A stretch of 64,000 bases of DNA. Source: a virus (lineage: Duplodnaviria; Heunggongvirae; Uroviricota; Caudoviricetes). Below are positions 26,559-35,951 of this stretch, piece after piece. Numbering within the stretch: the stretch's first letter is position 1; each line of letters begins with the position of its first letter. The position numbers and the translations under genes were made by a program. Location: the IMG/VR virus record IMGVR_UViG_3300006217_000028, one strand, 5' to 3'. The notes under the pieces were generated by a model. The model searched no databases. It had not been told where the DNA came from and saw only the letters and a program-made list of their open reading frames with translations.

Positions 26559-27407
26559 ATGAAATTGTTCAAGTCATTAAGCAGAGTCTGTTTCAAGGCG
26601 TGTATGAGCTTAAAACGAGGCTCACCTACTATTCTGACATGTGTTGGCGCTGTTGGATTTGTAGCAACTGTAGTGATGGCTGTGCGTGCTACGCCGAAAG
26701 CAGTTAAGTTGATAGAGAACGACAGCCTAAAACAACACGACGGCGACCCATATGCGTATACAAAGAAAGAGGCGGTTCGCTCTGCCTGGAAATGTTACCT
26801 TCCCTCCGCAGCCGTAGGCGCAGCGACTTTAGCCTGTATGTTTGGTGCAAACGCTTTGAACAAACGGCAGCAAGCGTCTATTGCTAGTTTATACGCCCTT
26901 GTGGACCGTTCTTATAAGGAGTATCGCAGTAAGGTCAAGGAACTTCTTGGGGAAGACGGAGACAAGCAGATCCGAGAAGAAATAGCCAAAGACAAGTGCG
27001 CCGAAACACGTCCGCCTGAAGAGGGTTACTTGCTATTCTGCGATGAGTATCGAGGGGAGTGTTTTGAGCGCACCATGACGCAGGTCATCCAGGCAGAGTA
27101 TCATTTTAACCGCAATTTTGTACTGCGGGGCGAGGCCAGCTTGAATGAGTTCTACAGTTTCTTGAACTTGGAGCCGATTGATGGCGGTGACGAAATCGGC
27201 TGGGACATTGGTTTTGGAGAGGAATTCGCAGGATATTCCTGGATAGATTTTGAGCACGAAACATTTACAATGGAAGACGGCATGGAATGCTGCTTGATAA
27301 ACTATCCATTTCCGCCAGTTCATCTGTTAGCTACTCTCGAAGACGTTGAGGAGTACAATAAAATGCTGGAGGCGTATTATCCGCAAAAATCGCAGGCTCT
27401 GTTATGA
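26559..27407 (+). CDS. Membrane-anchored protein, paralogue family member 1 (282 aa)
   Basis: N-terminal signal-anchor SPTILTCVGAVGFVATVVMAVRATPKAVKLI plus conserved segments shared with 27630-28397 and 29459-30400 (SAxxGAxxLAC...N..NKRQQA; GWDIGFG). Confidence 0.6.
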   Translation: MKLFKSLSRVCFKACMSLKRGSPTILTCVGAVGFVATVVMAVRATPKAVKLIENDSLKQHDGDPYAYTKKEAVRSAWKCYLPSAAVGAATLACMFGANALNKRQQASIASLYALVDRSYKEYRSKVKELLGEDGDKQIREEIAKDKCAETRPPEEGYLLFCDEYRGECFERTMTQVIQAEYHFNRNFVLRGEASLNEFYSFLNLEPIDGGDEIGWDIGFGEEFAGYSWIDFEHETFTMEDGMECCLINYPFPPVHLLATLEDVEEYNKMLEAYYPQKSQALL

Positions 27408-27422
27408 AAGGAGGCGTAGTGA

Positions 27423-27584
27423 ATGAACAAATCTAACCTTTTGAAAGGCTTGAGTATTCTTGCCGCAGGAGCCGGTTTAGTATTGAACATACTGAACAGT
27501 TTTATCGATGACAAGAAGATGGAGCAAAAGATTGAGGAAAAAGTGAATGAAGCGCTGTCCAAAAGAGAGCAGGAGTCCTGACAG
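27423..27584 (+). CDS. Small membrane protein (53 aa)
   Basis: MNKSNLLKGLSILAAGAGLVLNILNSF.... RBS AAAGGAGG. Its stop is embedded in a terminator hairpin. Confidence 0.35.
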
Positions 27585-27600
27585 GGACTCTTTCTCTTTA
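27566..27600 (+). terminator. Rho-independent terminator
   Basis: GGAGTCCTGACAGGGACTC followed by TTTCTCTTTATATTTTT. Confidence 0.5.
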
Positions 27601-27629
27601 TATTTTTACAATCGAAAGGAGAGTCAGAA

Positions 27630-28397
27630 ATGGCTAAGATCAATTTTTCAGCCATTGCCAAAACTTTTGGCCGAGGTTTGAAGGAACGAAGTCCTGAAAT
27701 CCTGGTTGGTATAGGTATCGTCGGAATGATAGGTGCAGCTATTATGGCGGTAAAGGCTACACCAAAAGCCTTGGAGCAGATTAAAGAAACTGAAAGGGAA
27801 ACGAAGGAGTCGCTCACTCCTAAAGATACTTTCAAGGTAACGTGGAGGAATTATGTTCCGTCCGTAGTAACGGGGACACTCTCGGCGGCCTGCATTATTG
27901 GCGCAAATTCTATACACCTGCGTAGGAAAGCAGCCTTGTCGGCGGCATGCGCTTTGTCAGAAACAGCATTGGCAAACTTCAAATCTCATGCCATCGAGCG
28001 TATCGGCGAAAAGAAAGTTAAGGAGATTGCGGACGATGTTGCAAAAGAGCAAATTGATAAGAACCCGGTTTCTGACAAAGAGATCATCTTCACGTCTAAG
28101 GGCAATACCCTTTGCTACGACCCATGGTGTGGCAGATATTTCAGAGGAGACATAGACTACATCCGGAAAGCAGAATATTATCTCAATCAAGAGATGCAGT
28201 CCATGGGTTATACATCGCTGAATAATTTCTACTATCTGATAGGCCTCGACGAAACCAGGGTTGGAGAAACGTTGGGGTGGAACATTGCAAATGGCCGGGT
28301 GGAACTCGACTTGAGTTCTCAGCTTGCAAAAAACGATGAGCCATGCGTTGTTTTGGGTTTTTATAAAGATCCCCATTACGATTTTGAGGGCCGGTAA
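27630..28397 (+). CDS. Membrane-anchored protein, paralogue family member 2 (255 aa)
   Basis: SPEILVGIGIVGMIGAAIMAVKATPKALEQI plus the conserved core shared with members 1 and 3. Confidence 0.6.
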   Translation: MAKINFSAIAKTFGRGLKERSPEILVGIGIVGMIGAAIMAVKATPKALEQIKETERETKESLTPKDTFKVTWRNYVPSVVTGTLSAACIIGANSIHLRRKAALSAACALSETALANFKSHAIERIGEKKVKEIADDVAKEQIDKNPVSDKEIIFTSKGNTLCYDPWCGRYFRGDIDYIRKAEYYLNQEMQSMGYTSLNNFYYLIGLDETRVGETLGWNIANGRVELDLSSQLAKNDEPCVVLGFYKDPHYDFEGR

Positions 28398-28399
28398 CC

Positions 28400-28428
28400 C
28401 GCGAAAAACACAACCTCTATTATGGAAC
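28400..28428 (+). promoter_or_regulatory. Conserved promoter-like motif, copy 7 (CGCGAAAAACACAACCTCTAT-TATGGAAC)
   Basis: See the motif family. Upstream of 28464. Confidence 0.5.
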
Positions 28429-28463
28429 AGAATTCCAAATAAACTTAAAGGAGCGTACAAATT

Positions 28464-28760
28464 ATGGAAAACGCAGAAGTTGTAACGAATGAGATTATCG
28501 ACATCGCTGATCATGTCATGGAGGCTGAACCGGCCCCGGTAACGGAGGTGATTGCCAAGCGCAATGGAGGCGCATTTATGACCGGAGCGATTGCGAGCAG
28601 TGTGGCCATTGCCGCGATCTATCTGGGCTACAAATATGTCGCCAGGCCGCTTTGGGCGAGACACAAGGCTAAGAGCCGGAAACCCGAAATGATCCATACG
28701 GACGGCAAAGAGGTCGAGACAGACAGCAGCAACGAAACGCCTGAGGAAGACGAGACCTGA
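28464..28760 (+). CDS. Small membrane protein (98 aa)
   Basis: Transmembrane helix GAFMTGAIASSVAIAAIYLGY. Acidic C-terminus. RBS AAAGGAG. Confidence 0.5.
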   Translation: MENAEVVTNEIIDIADHVMEAEPAPVTEVIAKRNGGAFMTGAIASSVAIAAIYLGYKYVARPLWARHKAKSRKPEMIHTDGKEVETDSSNETPEEDET

Positions 28761-28772
28761 GTGAAGAATTCT

Positions 28773-28820
28773 GAGAGGAGAGGGCGCCTGTAACAGGGCG
28801 TCTTCTCTTTTATATTTTTT
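28773..28820 (+). terminator. Rho-independent terminator
   Basis: GAGAGGGCGCCTGTAACAGGGCGTCTTCTC followed by TTTTATATTTTTTT. Confidence 0.5.
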
Positions 28821-28837
28821 TGAAAGGGGATTCCCCA

Positions 28838-29443
28838 ATGGAAGACTATAAGTCCAATTCCCATAAAGCACGGGAAAAGGAGAGTAAAAGGGCGGAGGCC
28901 CCGCCTAAAAAAGTGGAAAAAGTTGTTTCCGGAATCGCAAAGGTACAAAAGAAAAGCGGCGTTCAGAAGTTCGCCGGAGCGCTGGTATCGGATGATATGG
29001 AGAAAGTAAAAAGCTATATCCTTGAGGATGTTATCATACCGGCTCTTAAGGATACTATCCTGGACATTGTAAAAGCGGTTCTCGGAGTAAACGGACGCTC
29101 TGATAAAAACCGTTCTACCACAAAGGTACAGTATGGCAGTTTCTTTGACAAAGGCAACGGCCGTCGTGATAAAAGAGACTATCGTTCCAGAGATGACTGC
29201 GGTTACGATAATATCGTATTTTCATCAAGGGGTGACGCTGAGGCGGTATTAAGCACTATGGACGATATTTTGGACCAGTACGGTATTGTCAGTGTCAGCG
29301 ATTTGTACGAGGCGGCGGATATTGACACAAATAACTACACGCTCAATAAAATTGGTTGGACAAGTATCCGCAGCGCAGATATTATTCGGGTTCGAGATGG
29401 GTGGATGATTAAATTTCCAAAACCAGCCCCCATTGATGACTGA
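28838..29443 (+). CDS. Hypothetical basic protein (201 aa)
   Basis: ATG 28838 after RBS AAAGGGGA. Lys/Arg-rich N-terminal half. Confidence 0.5.
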   Translation: MEDYKSNSHKAREKESKRAEAPPKKVEKVVSGIAKVQKKSGVQKFAGALVSDDMEKVKSYILEDVIIPALKDTILDIVKAVLGVNGRSDKNRSTTKVQYGSFFDKGNGRRDKRDYRSRDDCGYDNIVFSSRGDAEAVLSTMDDILDQYGIVSVSDLYEAADIDTNNYTLNKIGWTSIRSADIIRVRDGWMIKFPKPAPIDD

Positions 29444-29458
29444 TTAAGGAGGAAATTC

Positions 29459-30400
29459 ATGAAAAACCTTGCTGTATCCGGCGCTTTGCAAAAGAAAATT
29501 AGCATGGCCGGACTGAAATTGAAAAAATACTCGCCAGAGATCCTGTTGATTGGTGGGGTTGTAGGGGTGGTGGCCACGATCGTGTTGGCCTGTCGTGCTA
29601 CTACGAAAGTTGGTGATGCCCTGTCAGAGGTTGCAGAGACCTCCGAAAAAATCAACGGCGCTCTTGCTGCTGGAGTAATTCGCCAGGCTTCTGACCCGGA
29701 AAAAGAAGAAAAGTATACGGAGGATGATGCCAAGCAAGACATGACTATTGCATATGTTCATACAGCGGTCAGGTTTGCGAAACTGTATGGTCCGGCGGCT
29801 CTTCTTGGCGCAGTGTCTATCTCCAGTATAGTCCTCTCCCACAATATCATGAATAAGCGCAATCAAGCTGTTTCTGCAACATTGGCAGCTGTTACAGCCA
29901 GCTACAGTGGTTATCGTAAGAGAGTAGCCGAGCGTTTCGGTGACGAGGTTGAGCGTGAACTCAAATATGGCATCAAAGCTCGGAAGTTTGAGGAAACGGT
30001 TACAGATGAGAAAGGCAAGGAAAAGAAAGTAAAAAGCACTGTTAATGTCGCCGACCCCAATGTAGAGGACCCCTACCTGCTCTGGTTTGATGATGTTACA
30101 AGACACTATGAGCCGAATCACGATTACAAGATGATGTTCCTGAAACAGGCCCAGAATCACGCGAACGACAAGCTCCGGGCGCAGGGATACTTGTTCCTCA
30201 GCGACGTGTATGACATGTTGGATATTGAGCGAACAAAAATGAGTCAGTGCGTAGGCTGGGTCTACCGGCCAGAGGATGACAGCCGGGACAACTATGTTGA
30301 CTTTGGTATCCAGGAGCTGAACAAGGTTTCCGGAGACACATACGAGCCCTCTATTTCGTTGTGCTTCAACGTGGATGGCAATATTCTCGATATGATTTGA
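29459..30400 (+). CDS. Membrane-anchored protein, paralogue family member 3 (313 aa)
   Basis: SPEILLIGGVVGVVATIVLACRATTKVGDAL plus the conserved core (NKRNQAVSATLAAV; GWVYRPEDD). Confidence 0.6.
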   Translation: MKNLAVSGALQKKISMAGLKLKKYSPEILLIGGVVGVVATIVLACRATTKVGDALSEVAETSEKINGALAAGVIRQASDPEKEEKYTEDDAKQDMTIAYVHTAVRFAKLYGPAALLGAVSISSIVLSHNIMNKRNQAVSATLAAVTASYSGYRKRVAERFGDEVERELKYGIKARKFEETVTDEKGKEKKVKSTVNVADPNVEDPYLLWFDDVTRHYEPNHDYKMMFLKQAQNHANDKLRAQGYLFLSDVYDMLDIERTKMSQCVGWVYRPEDDSRDNYVDFGIQELNKVSGDTYEPSISLCFNVDGNILDMI

Positions 30401-30413
30401 GGAGGAAAAAGTC

Positions 30414-30503
30414 ATGAAAGGTATTATATTTTTAGCAATGTCTGCTATGGCCGGTATCTGCTTTATGAGTGGCCTGACGATTCTTACAGGAGGTAAAACG
30501 TAA
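30414..30503 (+). CDS. Tiny hydrophobic peptide (29 aa)
   Basis: MKGIIFLAMSAMAGICFMSGLTILTGGKT. RBS GAGGAGG. Stop overlaps the next start (TAATG). Confidence 0.3.
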   Translation: MKGIIFLAMSAMAGICFMSGLTILTGGKT

Positions 30504-30679
30504 TGACAGACAGCTTTGGTAACTTTATCTCTATGCTGGACTATGTCCTGAACACAAAACGTAAGCGGCACATTACCGGCGGCGTTCTGTTGAGCGTATC
30601 CTTGCTCTTTGGAGGACTGGCGCTTACAGCCATCACGCTAAGAGCTGATACAGATGAGGAGGAAGAGGACGATGAATAA
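30503..30679 (+). CDS. Small membrane peptide (58 aa) with an acidic tail, translationally coupled
   Basis: ...GGVLLSVSLLFGGLALTAITL...DEEEEDDE. Overlaps the start of 30672. Confidence 0.3.
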   Translation: MTDSFGNFISMLDYVLNTKRKRHITGGVLLSVSLLFGGLALTAITLRADTDEEEEDDE

Positions 30680-31253
30680 AAATCTGTGTTTCATTCTCGG
30701 TTGGATCGGTGGGGCGGCCTGTGGGGTTTTGGCCACAAGAAAGTTTTTCCGTGACAAATATGAACAGCAGGCCCAAGAAGAGATTGATTCGGTAAAGGAG
30801 AGTTTCGCCAAACTGACCGAGAAGTATAAAAAGAGCAAAGAAAAGCTCAATGCGGTTTACGGTCAGAATGCTATCCCTACGGCTAAACCAGACTTGGCCG
30901 AGTATACAGCGAAATTGAACGAATTCCACTATGTATCCTCTGCACAGGAGCCGACTTACGGCAGTGATATTGAGGTGATATCTCCAGAGGAGTACGCTGA
31001 AGACGACAGCTACGATACCATCAGTCTCACCTACTATGCGGACGGAGTCCTGGCAGATGACGATGACCGGCACATGGACGAGGAATCTATCCGAAATGCT
31101 GTGGGAGAGGACCCCTTCAAGCATTTTGGGGAGTATGAGGAGGACACGGTATATATCCGAAACGACACGCAGAAAACGTACTATGAAATTTGCCGCGACG
31201 AACGGACATATGATGAGGTCTTGGAAGAGCGGCCATATCTTGAGGAGGACTAA
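30672..31253 (+). CDS. Hypothetical acidic protein with N-terminal membrane anchor (193 aa)
   Basis: MNKNLCFILGWIGGAACGVLA then a highly acidic body. The track ORF begins at 30654. Confidence 0.5.
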   Translation: MNKNLCFILGWIGGAACGVLATRKFFRDKYEQQAQEEIDSVKESFAKLTEKYKKSKEKLNAVYGQNAIPTAKPDLAEYTAKLNEFHYVSSAQEPTYGSDIEVISPEEYAEDDSYDTISLTYYADGVLADDDDRHMDEESIRNAVGEDPFKHFGEYEEDTVYIRNDTQKTYYEICRDERTYDEVLEERPYLEED

Positions 31254-31789
31254 TGAAGGAGAAGGACGTGCAGATGCTGTATTACGATTGGCTCTGTGCT
31301 CATATCGGCGAAAAAACTGGTGGATACAGCAAGCTGCTGGAATATCTCTATGCCCGGGATTTTACATACATAATCCCACTGGACGGGAACCGCGCGGCAG
31401 ACGGCATCGACCTGAGATACAATTTCGGACGGGAAAAGGGTATTGCGGACTACATCATCGCAAGCTATCTGGATCACCGCCCTTGCAGCATTCTGGAAAT
31501 GATGGTTGCGCTTGCCACTCGGTGTGAAGTACACATTATGGATAACCCCGAGTACGGAAACCGGACGAGTCAATGGTTTTGGGAAATGGTGCAAAATCTC
31601 GGATTGTCGAAGATGACAGATGGGAGATTTCGCCATGGGGACGCTGAGCGCATTATTAACCGGTTCCTCGACCGTGAGTACGGGCCTGACGGGAGTGGAG
31701 GACTATTCACTGTCGGGAGCGGTCATGGAGACATGAGGTCTGTTGAAATATGGTATCAGATGGAATGGTACTTGGACAGATTCGATTGA
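31253..31789 (+). CDS. Hypothetical protein (178 aa)
   Basis: Start overlaps the upstream stop (TAATGA). Confidence 0.5.
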   Translation: MKEKDVQMLYYDWLCAHIGEKTGGYSKLLEYLYARDFTYIIPLDGNRAADGIDLRYNFGREKGIADYIIASYLDHRPCSILEMMVALATRCEVHIMDNPEYGNRTSQWFWEMVQNLGLSKMTDGRFRHGDAERIINRFLDREYGPDGSGGLFTVGSGHGDMRSVEIWYQMEWYLDRFD

Positions 31790-31823
31790 TATTTTGTAAG
31801 AGAGGAGGAGAGCACTGGATGGT

Positions 31824-34800
31824 ATGTTTGATTTTCTGATGATTTCAACTCGAAGTACAAAGCGCGGCGTGATAGAGATCTATCCTAAGTTCATCATTAA
31901 GAACAGCTCAGACTTAATGATACGAGGCGGAGACTTTTACGCTGTATGGCTTGAAGATCGGGGATTATGGTCTACTGACGAGCAGGACGTAGTCCGATAC
32001 ATTGATCGAGAGCTTGATATTTACGCAAAAGAAAACAGCCAGCGCTTTGACTCCAACATACAGGTTCTGCATATGTGGGACAATGAATCCGGGATGATAG
32101 ACTCCTGGCACAAATACTGCCAAAAACAAATGTGGGATAACTACCACATGCTTGACGGCAAGCTGGTATTTACCAACAGCCCGACAGACAAGAAGGATTA
32201 TTCCAGCAAGAGGCTCACATATCCCTTGGAACCCTGTGAGACACCTGCCTATGACCGTCTGACATCGGTTCTGTATACCGACGAGGAGCGTCATAAGTTT
32301 GAATGGGCGATTGGCGCAATTGTTACTGGCGCATCAAAAAAGCTACAAAAGTTTATGGTGTTCTATGGTGCTGCCGGAACAGGTAAGTCGACCATCGTGA
32401 ACATTATCGACCAGCTATTCGAGGGGTATTCCGTTGCGTTTTCAGCGAAGGAACTGGGTTCAGCGAGCAGTGCGTTTGCTATGGAACAGTTTCGGGCGAA
32501 CCCGTTGGTAGCGATAGACAATGACGCAAAACTGTCTCGGATTGACGATAATACTCGCATCAACAAGTTGGTGTCCCATGAAGTTATGACTGTAAATGAG
32601 AAGTTCCAAAAGACCTATACGAATAGTTTTCAATGTTTCCTTTTCCTGGCCACGAACGAACCTGTGAAAATTACGGACGCAAAATCCGGCCTAATCCGGC
32701 GACTGATCGACGTAGTCCCAACCGGAGATAAAATACCGGTAAAAGAGTATAACTCGCTTGTGGAACAGGTAAAGTTCGAGCTGGGGGGTATTGCCTGCCA
32801 TTGCCGGGATGTGTATCTCGCTGACCCGCACAGGTATGACGATTATATCCCAACTCGGATGTTGGGAGCGACTAATGACTTTTACAACTTTGTGCTGGAC
32901 TCCTATCCCATTTTCAAACAGGACGATGGGGTTTCAGCCAGTGCGGCCTGGGCCATGTATAAAACTTATTGTGAGGAGGCAAGGGTGCTCAATCCATTAT
33001 CCAGCAGGCCGTTTAAGGAGGAACTAAAGAACTACTTCCGTGAGTTCAAAGACCGGCCCACCCTATCGGACGGTACAAGACCTAGGCAGTATTATAGCGG
33101 ATTTCGTTTTGAGAAGTTTATGTACGATCAAAACCAGGAAAGTGCAAATTCGGAAACAGGGCCGGCCTGGCTTAACTTAGCAGAGCAACCGTCTATATTT
33201 GATACTGTGTGTGCAGACTGTCCCGCTCAGTATGCGTCATCAAAGGATACGCCAACTAGAAAATGGGATAATGTTGTCACTAAGCTGTCGGATTTGGATA
33301 CTTCAAAGGTTCATTATGCGAAGGTGCAGGAGGCTCATATAGTCGCCGACTTTGATATGGTGGACGAAAATGGTAACAAGTCTTTAGAACTCAACATGAA
33401 AGAGGCCGTCAAATGGCCACCAACATACGCCGAACTAAGCAAAAGCGGTGCCGGTATCCATCTCCATTACATGTATACAGGTGATGTGTCAAAACTAAGC
33501 CGGGTATATGACGACCATATTGAAATTAAAGTATTTACAGGCAAGTCTTCACTCCGCCGCAAATTGACAAAGTGTAATAATCTCTCAATATCGGAGATCA
33601 GCTCTGGCTTGCCATTGAAGGAGGACAGCAAAATTGTAAATTTTGAATCTATAAAAAACGAGAAAGGGCTTCGCACACTGATAAAGCGTAATCTCGCTAA
33701 AGAGATACACCCAGGAACGAAACCAAGTGTGGATTTCATATATAAGATTTTGGAGGATGCATACAATGATGGCCTGAACTATGATGTGACCAATATGCGC
33801 GGTTCAGTCCTTGCTTTTGCGGCTGGCAGCACACATCAGGCCGATTACTGCATCAAACTTGTCAACAAGATGAAGTTCAAGTCGGACGAGCCGTCCGAGC
33901 CTATCGCTAATACTTTAGAAGAAAAGCCGCTGGTGTTCTATGATGTGGAGGTCTTCCCTAACCTATTCCTTGTGAACTGGAAGGTTCAGGGCGAGGGAAA
34001 GCCAGTTGCCAGAATGATTAACCCTAAGCCGAAAGAACTTGAGGAACTTCTTAGCTTTAGGTTAGTTGGATTTAACTGCCGCCGGTACGATAACCACATC
34101 CTGTATGCAAGATATATCGGATATGATAATGAGCAGTTGTACAAGCTTTCGCAGAAAATTATATCCGGAAATTCAAACTGTTTCTTTGGGGAAGCGTATA
34201 ACCTCTCCTACACGGATGTATATGACTTTTCCAGTAAAAAGCAGTCGCTCAAAAAGTTTGAGATCGAGCTTGGCATTCACCATCAAGAGCTGGGATTGCC
34301 TTGGGATCAACCAGTGCCGGAGGAGCTGTGGATTAAAGTTGCAGAGTATTGCGACAACGATGTTTTGGCTACCGAGGCGGTGTTCAATGCTCGTAAAGCT
34401 GATTTCACAGCTAGGCAAATTCTGGCCGACGTGGCTGGTATGACTGTCAATGACACGACCAACTCGCTGACTACCAGGATTATCTTCGGTAAGAACAAGA
34501 AACCACAGAACGTCTTCAACTACCGTAACATGGGGGTAATTCCTACAGACGAGGCGGTATGTACCCATACTATCACTCCGGATGGCGTCTTCTTTACCAA
34601 TTTCGGAGATGAGGATTACACCGTATTTGACGAGTGCGGATGTCCTATCTTTCCGGGGTATAAGTATGAAAACGGCAAGTCTACATATCGCGGTGAAGAA
34701 GTTGGCGAGGGTGGATATGTCTACTCTGAGCCTGGTATGTACAGCAACATTGCCCTGCTTGATATAGCCTCTATGCATCCGTCGAGCATCGTTGCCGAGA

Positions 34801-35876
34801 AACTGTTTGGAGAAGAGTACACGCAGCGATTCAAAGATATTTTGGACGCTCGTATCGCCATTAAGCACAAGGACTTTGATAAAGCCCGGAAGATGCTGAA
34901 TGGCGCTTTGGCGAAATATCTGAACGACGAAAATGCTGCTGCCGACTTGGCTCAGGCTTTGAAAATAGCCATTAACTCGGTGTATGGCCTGACTGCCGCA
35001 AACTTTGAGAACGCATTCCGCGATGCTCGGAACAAGGACAATATAGTTGCCAAGAGAGGCGCACTGTTCATGATCAACCTCAAGCATGAAGTACAGAAAC
35101 GCGGCTTCACCGTTGCTCATATCAAAACAGATTCCATCAAGATTCCGGACGCAACTCCCGAAATCATTCAGTTTGTTATGGATTACGGTCAGCAGTACGG
35201 CTACAACTTTGAGCATGAGGCTACTTATGACCGTATGTGCCTGGTAAACGACGCCGTGTATATTGCTAAATACGCAACGGTTGAGCGGTGTGTTGATTTG
35301 TACGGGCAAGACTATGTACTCAACGCCAAGGATACAGTGAAAGACTGTAAGAAACATCCTGGCGAATGGACTGCTACCGGAACCCAGTTCCAAGTTCCCT
35401 ACGTGTTCAAGAAACTTTTCAGCAGGGAAGACATCAAGTTCGAGGATATGTGCGAGACGAAATCGGTCAGCACCGCCATCTATATCGACCGTGATCCCGA
35501 GGAAGCCTTACGCTACATCAATAATCCAAACATGACTGTCGATACCGAGAGTGATATTTGGCTGGACAACAAGCATTTGCTGCACTTTGTCGGTAAAGTA
35601 GGCTTATTTACACCGGTAAAGCCTGGAGCAGGAGGCGGTACTTTGGTTCGTAAAAGCAAGGCGAAAGACGGTACAGATAAGTACGATGCCGTTACCGGGA
35701 CGAAGGGGCATAACTGGATGGAATCCGAGATGGTGCGTATCTTGAACAAAGAAGACTATATTGACCGCTCTTACTATGATAATTTGGTTACTGAAGCGGC
35801 CGAGTCCATCTCAAAGCACGGTGATTTCGAGTGGTTCACATCGGACGATGTTTTGGAGGCTGCCAAGACCGCGTAA
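31824..35876 (+). CDS. Multidomain replicase: SF3 (D5/P4-type) helicase + primase-like domain + family B DNA polymerase with 3-prime to 5-prime exonuclease
   Basis: 1350 aa. Walker A VFYGAAGTGKST. The P4/D5 helicase C-terminal signature ...SHEVMTVNEKFQKTYTNSFQCFLFLATNEP. Primase-like DxD (IVADFDMVDENG) and sGxGxH (SGAGIHLHYMY). PolB Exo I YDVEV and Exo II (delta-type) YCDNDVLAT. Motif A LLDIASMHPSSI (DxxSLYPS), motif B KIAINSVYG (KxxxNSxYG), motif C HIKTDSI (YGDTDS-like). Confidence 0.8.
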   Translation: MFDFLMISTRSTKRGVIEIYPKFIIKNSSDLMIRGGDFYAVWLEDRGLWSTDEQDVVRYIDRELDIYAKENSQRFDSNIQVLHMWDNESGMIDSWHKYCQKQMWDNYHMLDGKLVFTNSPTDKKDYSSKRLTYPLEPCETPAYDRLTSVLYTDEERHKFEWAIGAIVTGASKKLQKFMVFYGAAGTGKSTIVNIIDQLFEGYSVAFSAKELGSASSAFAMEQFRANPLVAIDNDAKLSRIDDNTRINKLVSHEVMTVNEKFQKTYTNSFQCFLFLATNEPVKITDAKSGLIRRLIDVVPTGDKIPVKEYNSLVEQVKFELGGIACHCRDVYLADPHRYDDYIPTRMLGATNDFYNFVLDSYPIFKQDDGVSASAAWAMYKTYCEEARVLNPLSSRPFKEELKNYFREFKDRPTLSDGTRPRQYYSGFRFEKFMYDQNQESANSETGPAWLNLAEQPSIFDTVCADCPAQYASSKDTPTRKWDNVVTKLSDLDTSKVHYAKVQEAHIVADFDMVDENGNKSLELNMKEAVKWPPTYAELSKSGAGIHLHYMYTGDVSKLSRVYDDHIEIKVFTGKSSLRRKLTKCNNLSISEISSGLPLKEDSKIVNFESIKNEKGLRTLIKRNLAKEIHPGTKPSVDFIYKILEDAYNDGLNYDVTNMRGSVLAFAAGSTHQADYCIKLVNKMKFKSDEPSEPIANTLEEKPLVFYDVEVFPNLFLVNWKVQGEGKPVARMINPKPKELEELLSFRLVGFNCRRYDNHILYARYIGYDNEQLYKLSQKIISGNSNCFFGEAYNLSYTDVYDFSSKKQSLKKFEIELGIHHQELGLPWDQPVPEELWIKVAEYCDNDVLATEAVFNARKADFTARQILADVAGMTVNDTTNSLTTRIIFGKNKKPQNVFNYRNMGVIPTDEAVCTHTITPDGVFFTNFGDEDYTVFDECGCPIFPGYKYENGKSTYRGEEVGEGGYVYSEPGMYSNIALLDIASMHPSSIVAEKLFGEEYTQRFKDILDARIAIKHKDFDKARKMLNGALAKYLNDENAAADLAQALKIAINSVYGLTAANFENAFRDARNKDNIVAKRGALFMINLKHEVQKRGFTVAHIKTDSIKIPDATPEIIQFVMDYGQQYGYNFEHEATYDRMCLVNDAVYIAKYATVERCVDLYGQDYVLNAKDTVKDCKKHPGEWTATGTQFQVPYVFKKLFSREDIKFEDMCETKSVSTAIYIDRDPEEALRYINNPNMTVDTESDIWLDNKHLLHFVGKVGLFTPVKPGAGGGTLVRKSKAKDGTDKYDAVTGTKGHNWMESEMVRILNKEDYIDRSYYDNLVTEAAESISKHGDFEWFTSDDVLEAAKTA

Positions 35877-35894
35877 AACGCACGTTATATAACG

Positions 35895-35937
35895 AAAGGG
35901 AGAGGACCTTAGAGGTTCTTTCCCTTTATTTTTTTCA
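35895..35937 (+). terminator. Rho-independent terminator
   Basis: AAAGGGAGAGGACCTTAGAGGTTCTTTCCCTTT followed by ATTTTTTT. Confidence 0.5.
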
Positions 35938-35951
35938 AGGGAGGCCAGATT

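Noticed and set aside
34173-35393. 406-aa minus-strand ORF inside the polymerase gene
   Set aside because: Antisense to a frame with clear PolB motifs A/B/C. No start context.
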